Source: Trypethelium eluteriae
Taxonomy: Eukaryota
Length of the DNA: 46,559 nucleotides
Direction of reading: 5' to 3'
Assembly (NCBI GenBank): GCA_051942245.1
Contig: JAVECL010000132.1
Coordinates: forward strand, 1 to 46,559
Position numbers and translations under genes: made by a program. Below are positions 25,394 through 37,502 of the stretch, piece by piece (the first letter of the stretch is position 1; each line of letters opens with the position of its first letter). Below the pieces are notes generated by a model. The model was given only the letters and a program-made list of their open reading frames with translations. It was not told where the DNA came from and searched no databases.

Positions 25394-26464
25394 GGAAGAA
25401 AGTTGGTAGAGGATATGGTTTTGTTGGAAGATTTGGAAAACTTCCCGAGCCATTAATCCATGAGTGCACAATTATAGCATACGCATAATAGTCCATGAAG
25501 TCCGTTTAATTCAAGCGCAACTCTCTCCCGTTGACCTCAACCAGCAAGACGGGCAAGGAGCATCATAGATATGGCCAGAAATCCCGGCACAATGCCAATA
25601 TGAACTCCATGCACCTACCCATCTTACGAAAGAGAAGAATGAATGGCTTGGCGAGAATTCGACTGTGCCACGTTGGTATACTACCATAGAGGCAAGAATA
25701 AACTGCCGCGGAAGCGTATTCAACAGGAACAATTACAATTTGACAGAGGGCTGGCTCTGAAATATCACCAGTGACCTCCGTTTCTTCACTTGAGTAAGGG
25801 TAGAAATCACCTGGAAACGTAGCGAGGCCAAGGGAAATTCCAATGACAATGTTCTTGCAAGAGACGGTGAGACAAAAGCGAGCTCATGTAAACAGGTGAA
25901 AATCGTACATACTTAGCGTAGCTGTATTGGACTTACAAGCTTTTTCCTCGGTACACATTGTGCGTATGATTCTGAAAATTCTTGAAATATTCGGAGACGT
26001 AGTCGCTCATCATCAAGACCGAGTCTTGGTCCGGAGGTGAAAAGAGCTGCATGTTGCCTGCACCACTGGTAACGTGCTGGAAATTGTCCCGGATGACATG
26101 ACGGCTAACTTGTTTTCAACGTGAACCCATGTTCCATGTCATACCCTCTGGAGGACCAACTACTCTCGTAGGGTTCACAAGTGATCAGCCAGCTCTTCGT
26201 GTCACATGATGGCCACTTATGGAAGTTCATCTGCTGTCATGGCCCAGACATACTCAATAGAATAGCTGCCGCGGCCGCAGTTCTGTGGCCGCGTCAGAGA
26301 AGGTCGTGAAGCCAACCCCCCAAACCCCCCTCTCCGCCTCTCTCTCCCTGCACAGCCCCACCACCTACACAGCCCTCCACCGCGAGACCTAGGTAGAGAC
26401 TTAGGCAGACCTCTCACCTCTATGCAGGTCCCGCACCTCTGCCCGAGCCTCACATATCTGCCTA

Positions 26465-26645
26465 CCTTACGGCGGCTGGGGGGTTCCTCAACAGGTAATC
26501 AATACAATGTTACCTCAGTTCAACTGTTATGACCATGTTGGCCCATGTTAAGGCGGTGTTAACATGGACCAACAAGATCTTAACAGTAAAGTCCAAATAA
26601 CATTGTATTGATTACCTATTGAGGAACCCCCCAGCCGCCGTAAGG
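26465..26645. mobile_element. 181-bp foldback MITE with TA target duplication (Tc1/mariner-type)
   Basis: About 48-bp near-perfect TIRs CCTTACGGCGGCTGGGGGGTTCCTCAACAGGTAATCAATACAATGTTA. The interior is also palindromic (CCATGTTAA...TTAACATGG). TA at 26463-64 and 26646-47. Confidence 0.8.
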
Positions 26646-26729
26646 TAGGTCTCCATGTAGGTCTCTGTATAGGTCTCTGTGTAGGTCTCGGTGGAGGTCC
26701 CTGTGGATCTCTCTGTGGAGGTCTCGCAC
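26646..26729 (+). repeat. 12-bp minisatellite (TAGGTCTCTGTG-like, about 7 degenerate units)
   Basis: taggtctccatg taggtctctgta taggtctctgtg taggtctcggtg gaggtccctgtg gatctctctgtg gaggtctcgcac. Confidence 0.75.
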
Positions 26730-27619
26730 CTCTACCTGGGCGTGTGTGGATAGGCAGGTAGGTAGGCAGGTAAAAAAGTGGGGTTCTATGAAGATATTAG
26801 TATCACTCAGGGGTGGAGAGACAAAGGGACTTGAATGCAGAAACCTGGTTATATTAGATACTGAGAAAGCGATAGCTGCTGCATATTTGATGAAGAGAGG
26901 AGGTTGAAAGGTCGAAATTTGATGCCTACGAGACGGCTTATGGGCTTCACCTAACCATTTTCAATCCACTGTAAAGGTGGAATAAGTGTAGCTCAGACTT
27001 TAGAACGACGAATGCGAGTTACGCTGTGTGATTGGTTCACTTTCAAAGCTCAGTCAAAAGTGTAATAGAAACCAATCAACACCTCAAACTTGGAGAAAAG
27101 GTGGACTCAGTGTATTGAGGATGAAGTGTGTGGAGTCTAGGTTCATGAGGCAACCGCACCCGCAGACGAAACTATATACGGTATGCGCTAGTACAAATGG
27201 AGTAGCAACAACCACCACAACACCACAAGGTGACAAGACCTCCAATGCTGCCTTTTGACAAAACTAAGCAGGGGTCCCAAGCAAGCAGCGCGTAGCGCTG
27301 CTTCGAGCGTTCTTCGTTCTAGAGTCTGAGTTTGCTGAGATGAGATACGGAGTACGTCCTGCTGGTTTGTCGTTGCGATTTGTGTGACGATTGCTTTTTC
27401 TCGATTCTTCAGTGTTTGCTTCTCAGATTGCAATGAGCTAAGAGGAAGTTCCGTCAGAAGCATTGCCCTGTTAGGTTCTCTTTATTGCGCGTTGTTGTAC
27501 TTCTTTGGAAGAAGTAAAAGCCAGTCAGTAGAGTATCCGGTTTCCCTGCATGCATTCACCGCTTCGAACGAACAACTTGTACATACCTTCCCATCGGAAG
27601 CCATCGATGGTCAACATCA

Positions 27620-29175
27620 ATGCCTGCTCCTACGAAACTGTGGTCACTGACTGCCACTGAGGTCTGAGCTTGATAAAGAAGGATCAGCTCACTGTTGAGG
27701 ACTATGCGTACGCAGTACTGGGACGTGTCGAATCGAGAGACAGTGTGGTGAAAGCATGGCAGTACTTCGGTACGTCATCTTCGTTACTGAACACGTAGCA
27801 AGCTAGAATGAACATGCATCAGATCCGGATGTTGTCTTGAGTCAGGCTCGTGCTCTCGACCGAGTCCCACGCGACCAGAGGGGCCCACTTCGTGGAGTTG
27901 CTATTGGCGTCAAAGACATAATGGACACTAAAGGTAAGCTTATTTCCACTTTTGGACGTGATATTGCTCAATCGATCAAGATATGCCAACAGAATACGGT
28001 TCTCCTTTGTACAAGGGCAACAGGCCAAATGCCGATTCCTCACCTGTTGAGATATTCCGAAAATCTGGGGCCCTCATATTCGGTATGTTTATCGGAATTG
28101 CGATGGAAGTGGTCCTAAATGGTATTATAGGCAAGAAGACCACGACAGAATTCACAATTCTGAATTCAGGACCTAATACCACCAACCCACACCACGCCTA
28201 TCGTACTCCGGGCGGGTCTTCGGCTGGATCTGCAGCTGCGGTAGCTGACTTTCAAGTACCGCTCAGCTGTGGAACCCAGACGGGAGGCAGCGTTATACGC
28301 CCAGCTTCTTACACGGGCACATACGCTATGAAGCCAACCTTCAATACGATATCTAGCCAAGGCATTAAGGTCGTCTCCCTTGAACTCGACACCTTTGGCT
28401 ACTTTGCTCGAAGCATGGAGGATCTGAAACTCATCACGGACGTATTCAATGTCACGGCGGATGAACCCGTCAAGGACATACCGCTGAAAGAGACCAAAGT
28501 GGGGTTTCTGAAGACGCCGTTCTGGCCATCTGCCGGGCTCGGCACTGTCGTAGCCATGGAAAAAGCCGCAAATATTCTCCGGGATCACGACGTCACGGTT
28601 GAGGAGGTCAAATTCCTGAATGAATTCGATGATGCTAAGGATTTGAAGCGCATGTTCAAAGTGATCCTAACAATCAATGCGCGCACGTTCCTCTTGAAGG
28701 AATTCCTAAGGGACACCACGAAGACAAAGCTAGACCCGGAAATCCGCACATTCGTCGAGAACGCCTCCAGTATCCCTTGTGAAGAGATACGGCGAGCCTT
28801 TGACTGCTATGCAGGCATGCGTCCTGTATTTGAACAGATTGCCGCAAAGTATTCCGTCCTGATCACTCCAAGCGCGGCCGATGAAGCACCCTTGGGTCTT
28901 GGTGATATGGGCGATGCCGATTTCAACTTCGTATGGACGGTGAGAATTCTTAATCTCACCAGTATTGCGCCAGGCTAAACTTCTCCCTTTAGGGAGCGCA
29001 TATGCCGGTGATCAACGTGCCTGCGTTCGCAGGACCCAACGGCATGCCCGTGGGCCTGTCTCTCATAGCCCGTAGGTTTGGTGATCAGCATCTTCTGAGC
29101 ATCGCAAAAGTTCTCAGTAGGCCTCTAATGAGCGAAGGGGGTTGGCAGGCGACGTTGTTCAGCACCATGAATTGA
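27620..29175 (+). pseudogene. Amidase-signature (GatA-like) amidase with a 1-nt frameshift in exon 1
   Basis: MPAPTKLWSLTATEV hits TGA at 27665, while SLIKKDQLTVEDYA continues in another frame. Introns 27770-27822, 27934-27980, 28083-28130 and 28940-28992. Motifs GPLRGVAIGVKD, TPGGSSAGS, GTQTGGSVIRPAS, GMPVGLSL. Confidence 0.8.
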
Positions 29176-30908
29176 AGAAAGGAACTCGATTGGAACCTAT
29201 TTAGGTGGCATGGGGTGCAGGCTCTATATCAACCTCATCAATGTGAGGGTGAAGGTAAATTACTAATTAGGCAGCAGGGCGAAAGGATCTACATGAAAAA
29301 TTCGGAGGCTTCGCGCGTGAATCCGCCCGAGAGGCTAAGTTGATTGGATCAACATCATCAATACCATCATGGAGCCCGCTCCACCCCAAGCCTACGACAG
29401 ATAGGTTGTCAAAGACTATCCATGGAAGCACATCCCATCGATCGCTTGCATAGCGATGTGCAGATTGCATCACAAGACAGGGACAACACCGGAAGGACGC
29501 CCCACTATGTGTCACCTGATCATGCAGCTTTTCCAGAATCGTATCTGCACTTGCCGCTGTTACATGAGCTGAGGGGCTGGCATTTGCACTTCGATTCCTG
29601 CGGCGATAATAACCACGAGCTGTTCATGGGCGCTAGATTGTCTCTGAGCAGGCGCTTCTGCCGCGTGGTTTATTGCGGAAGCGGAGTTATTTCGAGCCTT
29701 CCAAACCTACAGCTGATTTGGTACGATGTGTTGGACTGTTGGCAGAGTAACAACTAACTTCAGGATCGGATCTGCAAAGAGATATTGGTAAAGCAATATA
29801 CCTTGTGCATGATTTGTCAGGTCATTTACGCAATCGACCCTTATGCCCTTTCCTTCCATACTATTCTTTGATGCGGATTAAGGAATAGGAGCAATTAGTG
29901 AAGAAGCCTTGCGCGTTTCTTGACCCGTGGTACCCGAAACTGAACTCCAGCTGCTACGATGGACTCGTCAATTTTGTCCGATCTTTCGCCACTCGCTGGA
30001 AAGAAGATCATGGTCGTAGGAGCAGGGATAGCCGGTCTAACTTTCGACGTCTCGCTCAGACGAAGCTGGACAGAAGAGTCAGGGGACTTCCCTGAGGTGC
30101 TCCATTATGTCGCTCATCGTTGAAGCTGAGTCTTGAATGGGGTGAAGAGAGCAGCATATTACCAACAACTTCCAGGAAACCGTGGCGAATTACATACCAA
30201 TTTACTTGTTTCCAGTGTGAACCCACGTTGTATATCCTCACGGGGTATCCAAAATTCTCAAGACTTTCGCATGCACTCAACCAGCTCTTCGCACCACATG
30301 ATGGTCATGCCTAGGCGTTCATCCTGTCTCGTAGTCTACGTATGGTTGACCGAATACGTGGCGCTGTCGCTTTCCTGTTGCTTGATGTTGCATGTGATGT
30401 GTGAGAAGGCAATCTTATTAGCAAATTGGCAATCCTATCACGTCAATAGGAGTGCGGTTCGTGAATTGGCTATGTATATAGATGTCCTCACCTCCACAGC
30501 TTGATCTACAAGCTTTCACGACCCAATTTACAACGTCATTGCTGCGTTAGAGAGACCTTTCAATGCATCTTGTGATATATACTGATGGAAGCCTGCAGGT
30601 ACCATCTACCATTGACCATAAGCAGTCCATGCATTTTCAGATTCCAGCGACAGATTGATGCACCGTATCTTGCCTGCGGAAGGGGCTTGGGATACTCATG
30701 CATCGATACTCCGTATTCGTGCGGCACCGTGCGAGATGCTACGGTAGTCACAGCGCTTGGAGGTGTATAAGCGCTTGATTGGCTGCTAATAATCCGAGGT
30801 GCCTTATCCGAAGTAGAGTAGGTAGTATTGGACGGGGGCAAGACTTGTAGAAAGTCGAACATCATACCATCTACTGCTCAGCACTTACCGAGAGCGTCGA
30901 CTTTTGCA

Positions 30909-31282
30909 TAGGGTTCGGAAACATAGTTGAGTATGGAATAATTATCCCATATTTGGAAATTTCTGGATTGGATAGCATAGCATAATTATTCACATAACAT
31001 CTGTATCTGACTAATTAGGCTTAATATCTGCGGGATTGGGTCCATTACTGGCTTGATTGGGCTTAGTTTATAGCCCTCACTACGGGATCCCTGCAGACGA
31101 GGAGAGACCTCAGCAGGGATAAAAAGGGTACAAATTAGACCCAATTCAGCCAACATTCAGCTTATTCCGCAGATATCGAGCCTAATTAGCCAGATACGGA
31201 TATTATGCGAATAATTATGCTATCCTATCCATATCCAGCCTTATGTATGCATTATTCTATGCAGCTATGTTTCCGAACCCTG
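30909..31282. mobile_element. 374-bp hAT-type MITE with an 8-bp target-site duplication
   Basis: Ends TAGGGTTCGGAAACATAG ... CTATGTTTCCGAACCCTG. Internal inverted repeats 30977-31033 vs 31167-31223. Flanks CTTTTGCA (30901-08) and CTTTTGCG (31283-90). Confidence 0.85.
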
Positions 31283-32446
31283 CTTTTGCGTTAATACATG
31301 TATGCCTTGGCAGATTGAAGGGAGTGGTTGGTCGCCTTATCCTTGCGCGCGGCAAGAAATTGCTTGCTTAATGGATTTCTGAATCATTCGGCCCGGCTCC
31401 TTGTTACTCTAAGGTCGCGCGGAAAAGGAGAATCTATCCTACAATCCATCTAGGCCCGCGACCATGCAACTCAGGACCCCTTTAATGGGTACAACTTTGT
31501 ACTCCAGTTGTGCTACAGAGCACCTTCATACCACGGCGACGACTCTTTGGGTAGCGAAGCCGAGCCTCAAAGTCTTGTCGGGAAATATCAGAAGATTGTA
31601 CTCCGTAGCGGTTAAGCAATATCCTCTACAGCACGTTGATTTTATGACATCTTATCAGGGGTCTTGTCCGCAAACCCATCTTACTATACTCATTCTCATT
31701 GACCGCTGTGTCAAAGATGATGGTCCATCAGCCTGCACAGGGCTTTGCCATGCATCTACCCGACCAACCTTCATCCCGGCTTACTCTGGTTAACACAATT
31801 TGAAGGCAATTTGATCAAGAAGAATTCATGGAGCTCGTTGAGGAGTCTCGCCACCGGTGAGGTGATCCCTAGTTTCTACCTGTTCTTATCATCGACCACT
31901 GGCTTGCACCTACTCTTTGAGACGTAGCTTGTGTGTTCATGTGTGCTTCCAGAAAAGGCAGTGCCACGTACTTTGTGCCACCACCCCCCCGTCAACTGGA
32001 TGTATACCTTACCTTATGTTAGGAAGCAAGTACCTACCTAGGTACCTGGGTAAGGCAGGCACTCCGCACGTACATTACCTAAGCATGGTGGGGTGCTGGG
32101 GTACCTAATCACATGGCTATGAGGCTACCCGGCCCGTACCGTCAACTGATCCTCTAAGATTACGCCACGCTCGCCTATTTGACAATCGGTAATCAGTGCT
32201 TGCACCCGCTCCATTACCCAAATCCGGCCTTGGACACAGGGCAAGGCAGAACTCGAAGTTCCCCTCACCTGCCAATGCGCAAAGACGGCATCGCATGCTT
32301 ATCAGTGCTCGGCATGACCGCACCTCTTTTCGCACAAATCAACGATAGAGAGTTCCACTCTGTGGTACATTAGGCAGCCACCTGCACGTCTGTCTAGATA
32401 GCCTTGAGAATGACTATGAATCATTCTAGATCTCGACGAGACCTCA

Positions 32447-34535
32447 ATGCCTCCTAAAAAAACATCGGCAAAAGCCGGCTCAGGTCCCCAAGAAGTGCAA
32501 GTACCCCTCGCGCATACCTCACGTCCGAGGACGAGATTGGAATCAGGAGCGGCGATAGCTCGCTCTTATGCTCCAGAAAAACAGAGGACTCAGGTAACTC
32601 AGAAGCCTCAAGGAACGCAAAAGACTCGGAAAAGGACATCTGCCAGTGGAAACTTCCCACCAGAGGGGATTTCAATACAGCAAAAGGGCAAAAGATCTTC
32701 AAAGCAGACGACCAAAAGAAATGTATGTCTTCCAATCATGTTTGCATTCTCAAGATGTAGACGTTCGGAGAGATGGCGACATTTTCTAAACAAAGCCTGA
32801 TTGATCTTGCTTGCTACCTCACACTTTTCCGTACACGAAATAATTAGAGGATCCTGTAATAATAGTGTATTACACGCAGATACGAAGAGTCCACGAACAG
32901 ACACGAGCGCCCTCATCAAAGCAAAGAGGAAACCTATCGAAGAAGTCCCAAGCTGAACCTAAGCAGCCGCCTCAGATAGATGAAGAAGTACTGGGTACTA
33001 TCGAGACAGCACCTGCAGATTATCAAAGCATCCTATCAAGTAGCTCAGCTGCTACATCGACAGAGAGTTTACCGTGGGATGTGCAGTATAGAACACGACA
33101 AGAAGATTGGTACTGTCGAAAAGGATACCTACCTGAGTTAGATGACAGGACGTTGGAGATTATTCAAATAGTTCTCGGAACAGCACCTGCATTGAGAATG
33201 GCGAGATTAAAGTCTGATCGGCACAACTTCCCGGCAAGACTTCGAGACGACAGGAATGTACACTTGACGCCACATCCTTACAGCGATACCTACGCAGCAG
33301 AGATCAAAAAGATGTCCTTGAATTTACCTGAAAATCGAGCTGCAGCCGATGTCTATTCCCGACTCTGGGCAGCAGATATCGAAAATTGCAGAGGAGAGAA
33401 CGAGGCAATATTTCAACGAACTGTGATGATGTCCTTTCTGGATCGATATAGACTAATTTTTGGCGACATCCAAGGAGCAGAAATGGGCGATGTGGCAAAT
33501 ATGAACAATATTGGTAAGAAACTTGCTTTTAGCGTGGAGGGGGAATGGACTTGCGATCCAATGCCGACTCGAGCTCTGCAGAGAAGAGTAGAGATGCCAT
33601 TCCTGACGGCTCCAAGGCCAGATTTATGCGTCTCATTCCGAACAGAGGATCTCATCCCCAACCCTCTCTTGCTGATTATGCCTTCTTCAATGAAAAATCT
33701 CGTCTTTTATGAGGGTGCAACGCCCCCATTTGACAGACGCGCTTTTGGATTTTTTGTAGTTGAAGGTAAAAGGTCGCAACTTCCTCCCGACGACGATGTA
33801 GCCTTATACCAGGCCCTAAACGCCGCTAGCCAGGCACTTCATAATATGTTTGAGTTCTTCCGGGAGGCCGAGCAACAAGATGTCTTCTTCCGGAAGGTGA
33901 GAGTTTTCTCCGCTACCACAAATAACACCGGCCTTATAATTCGCATCCATCGAGCAGACAAGCTTGATCTAGAATCTTCATCCCCGCAAAGGTTCACACC
34001 CATACCGGGACAGCCTAAGTACGATATAGATTTCAAATTCGAAGAGTACAAATGCTTTTGGAAGCAGGAATTCAGTCGTCAGAGTGTGATAGATACATTC
34101 GCCCAGATCATGGTCGGATACGGGGAGGGTGTGCTTTACGATCTGATCGGAGATGCTGCGAACAAGATCATCACGAAACTTCAACCACTTTTCGACCAAG
34201 GCCATGAATTAGAGGATAAGATCTATGACTATCGCCACGGCCAGAAAGAATTACCTAGTCGCGGCAGCTCCAAAAATCCTCAATATAGCCGACAGTCCAA
34301 TAAGGGCAATCGCAAGGGATCTGGTAGTGCAAGCGAGATCCAGCGCTGGGCAATGGAAAACAATGCCACCCAAACAAGGCGTGCTAGTAATGGGACAACC
34401 ATCACGACGGCAGGCGACTCTGGTCAGATGCCTGAACCTTCCAGAACTGGTGTAAGTCGAGACTTTTCCCGTATGATGGAGGACGAGCGCCCGACTATTC
34501 AAGAGCCTCCGAATAAGAAAACTAAGCGAAAATAG
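32447..34535 (+). CDS. PD-(D/E)xK nuclease-like fungal protein (DUF7924-like) with disordered basic termini
   Basis: MPPKK start; phase-0 intron 32723-32879. Core APRPDLCVSF...FFVVEGKR...ALYQALNAA...VRVFSA has PD...ExK...Q spacing. C-terminal NLS-like PPNKKTKRK. Confidence 0.75.
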
Positions 34536-35776
34536 AGATAGTGTGGTGGAGATGGCTGTGAGTTTTTACCCCAGGTATGCGTGATATGGTATGGTATAGT
34601 GCAGGAAGGCAGCAAGGGATATGAATGCGAAAGCGCAGGCGAGAGGATCGGACAACATGAAGACATCATCTATCATTGAATACCTTAGCAGACAGTTAAC
34701 TATTCGGTATCATGTAACTGTCAGCTCTCACTGTGAACTCTCTGTATCAGCTATTACTACTTCCTCTCGTACGCGCCGAACTACCCTTCCTCTCGCTCCT
34801 CTCGACCCATTCGTCCTGTCGAAACACCCTCGGAAGGGATCCCAAGACACATTGCGCAGGCCTCGGATATATTTCCACAAAACTAATGCATCCTGCGCTG
34901 CCTCAATATTAATTATACGGAGAGGATAGAAGTCGCCCACAACAGCGCTGGGAACGATCATGAAATCCGGATTGAGAAGCGGACTGAACCTCACTTGGAA
35001 AGTGTGATATAAGCTATCCCGTGTGTTTATCTACATTTGTTTTCATATTGTTTATGAGGACCAACTCTTTTACTACTTAATCTTATGTCCCCCTACATCT
35101 TAGATAGATCCGATTTCTTTTGGGGACGAACTACCCCTGAAGCCCTCGATCATTTAGAGAACGTGCTCATCATTCCGCTAGAATGTGGTGACCTGTATCC
35201 CGGTGTAGTTTCCTGCCGTCTAGTCTTGTAATTATGCTAAGCCCTGTTCTAGCAGGGCGCTGGCGGCCGCTTTTGATGTCTATAAACGGCTGATTTAAGT
35301 GTGCGGCTTTTTTTGTCACTCGCGTGAGGACCTTGCCAAAAGAGCTCTTACGGATCATCGGGCCGAAGCCCGCCTGCAGCCCGTTTCCTGCTTTCTGCCC
35401 CTTAGCCACAATCCAGGTACCTGTTACTCCCTTTATTTCCCTGCTAAGACAAGTCACACTTCGAGAAGGGGTCACGTTACACAACCCGAGCCGTTGCGCA
35501 AGCTAGGGAAATTTCTGGCTCTCGCTATCCAGAGTGCCCAAGATCGCAAGTGGTTTCTCTGTTGCATTCTCGAATGCGTTAAACCGGCCTGGTACGTCGT
35601 TGCCTCTTCTGCTTCGCGTACTTCGAGTTCTGCGACTACCGTATCTTGCCTTAACCTGTACTTAAATAAATATAATCAGTACCTAAATCGGCTCAACATC
35701 CTTGCACCTAGCCAGAAGACCCACCTCAAGCTAAGCCGCTCTTCGAAATGGAGCCGGCAGAGTCTCAGTATGTGAA

Positions 35777-36790
35777 TTGGCGGCTTTCTTTCCATTCAGA
35801 ACTTCGCTAACAGTCTATCGATGCCCTTACAAATCTGGAGAAGGATTGATGTTTGATATGTTACTCCATTCTCACGGATCCTGCGAGACTAGTGAAAATC
35901 TCACTGCTGAGGCAGTCATTATCAAAAGTTTCAAGCCCTTTACTCTTTCTTGCACTCTGCTTGTTCAGCTGCGCACCACACTTTCCCGCCAATTGCCCAG
36001 CTCAGTCTTTGTTCTCAAATTATACGACCGACGCTTTGCGGAGCAGCTTCGACAAGATCATGACGCCGGCTTATGGAGTCCGCAAATAGAAGACGAGTAT
36101 CGCAAGTTCGTTCATGACGGCAGCGCCACCGCATTTTTTGACTTATGCTCTGAAAAGGACGGCGTTGAATGGGCTTGGAAGCACGAGGCAGGAAAGGAAT
36201 GGAGCCAGGCCCAACGTGAAGCCTATCTCCAGTATTCTTGTCTCAAATTCTGTCGAACTGAGTCAAGCGTCTACAACGGGCTATCTGATATGGAAGGCCT
36301 CGTTATCCCTCGGCTCTGGGCTATGGTCAGAATGAGATCCTCATCGGCCCATACGCCTTCCGCCCACACGCTGCCGCATGATTATTTCGACTGCCCGGGA
36401 ATTCTTTTGGAATACATCGAAGGCTTTCCTTTGACTGATATTGCCCTCAATGCGCCAAGGGAAGACTGGCAAAAGATCTGTGAAGATGCCATCCAGATCA
36501 TCAATCGTATTGGCGATCGTCACATCCGAAATAAGGATGTTAAAACCAGAAGCTTTATCGTGCGCAAGGATCCACAGTTGGAGACATTCAGCGTCTTCAT
36601 GGTTGACTTCGGAGAGTGTGTGCTGCGTAAGCAAGACGAATCTGAATATGAGTGGAGGAAGTGGAAAGCAATGCAAGATGAGGAAGGTGCGATTGGGATG
36701 GTTATGCAGAGGAAACTAGATGGCGGCTTCAAGTACACCCGCACACTAGAGTCTGAAAAGCTAATGGATGAATTCCAGCGAGAGGACTAA
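35777..36790 (+). CDS. Atypical fungal protein-kinase-like protein (start uncertain)
   Basis: VLKLYDRRF, E.SVY..L..MEG..IP, GILLEYIEG, IRNKDVKTRSF, MVDFG. The ATG at 35748 does not splice in frame through the obvious 35768-35813 intron; the first in-frame ATG is 35849. Confidence 0.8.
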   Translation: MAAFFPFRTSLTVYRCPYKSGEGLMFDMLLHSHGSCETSENLTAEAVIIKSFKPFTLSCTLLVQLRTTLSRQLPSSVFVLKLYDRRFAEQLRQDHDAGLWSPQIEDEYRKFVHDGSATAFFDLCSEKDGVEWAWKHEAGKEWSQAQREAYLQYSCLKFCRTESSVYNGLSDMEGLVIPRLWAMVRMRSSSAHTPSAHTLPHDYFDCPGILLEYIEGFPLTDIALNAPREDWQKICEDAIQIINRIGDRHIRNKDVKTRSFIVRKDPQLETFSVFMVDFGECVLRKQDESEYEWRKWKAMQDEEGAIGMVMQRKLDGGFKYTRTLESEKLMDEFQRED

Positions 36791-37502
36791 CTCCAGTCCT
36801 GTACTGCTTGGCCGGAGAGTTTTGAGAAAGTCCTGAACGCTGGGCCCTCCATTGTTTCAACGTCTTCGCTTGGTTACCTTGCTCTTCAGTGCAGCTACGT
36901 GGACTCTGCTTTTCACTGCCGAGCAGACACGTTCGGTGAGAATATATCCACTCAGCATTGCTACAGTTATCTCCTCGCTGATGATAGAAGTAACTCTGAC
37001 ACAATTTGCCGGCGCATCGAGTGGGGAACATCATTGGCTTGCTGCAGACATGAGGTACGCCCCAATACGTGATGTCGTCTGGCACAACGAGATGAGGAGA
37101 GTCGGAATTCAATTGGTTTAGCCAAGCATGCATGCCAGCAGCTTCTACATAGATCCTCAAGGGTCCTGATATGAAGCTTATAGAGAGGGAACAAGAGGGT
37201 GGCTCCAAATTCAAAGCGCGCGCCACCTCGGCCACAGAAGACTTTGCTTAATCTTGATTCAGGGAGAAGTATAATGAGTGAGCTGAGTCGTATCACTGGG
37301 CTGCCAATTATTGCACATACTATGTCAAGTAAAAAGGTAACGAAACACGGGTTCTTGGATAGGACCCGAATTAGGTGGACTTTATATTAGAGGACTACTC
37401 GTTGGATGTCAGCTGATGGCTTGGTGGGAATAAGGTATGCTCAGATACTGGATTGTGTCTCCGCCAAACCTTCGCTCCGGTCTTGTCCGCAAAGTGGCGG
37501 AA

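Noticed and set aside
26646..26729. Short repeats considered as a CRISPR-like array
   Set aside because: Head-to-tail units with no spacers, in eukaryotic context with no cas genes.
27188..27463. 91-aa coiled-coil-like minus-strand ORF
   Set aside because: No motif or splice support; in-frame stop just upstream.
29340..30330. Scattered plus-strand ORF pieces (e.g. LYILTGYPKF)
   Set aside because: Cannot be assembled into a gene; the similarity to SGNH hydrolases is too weak.
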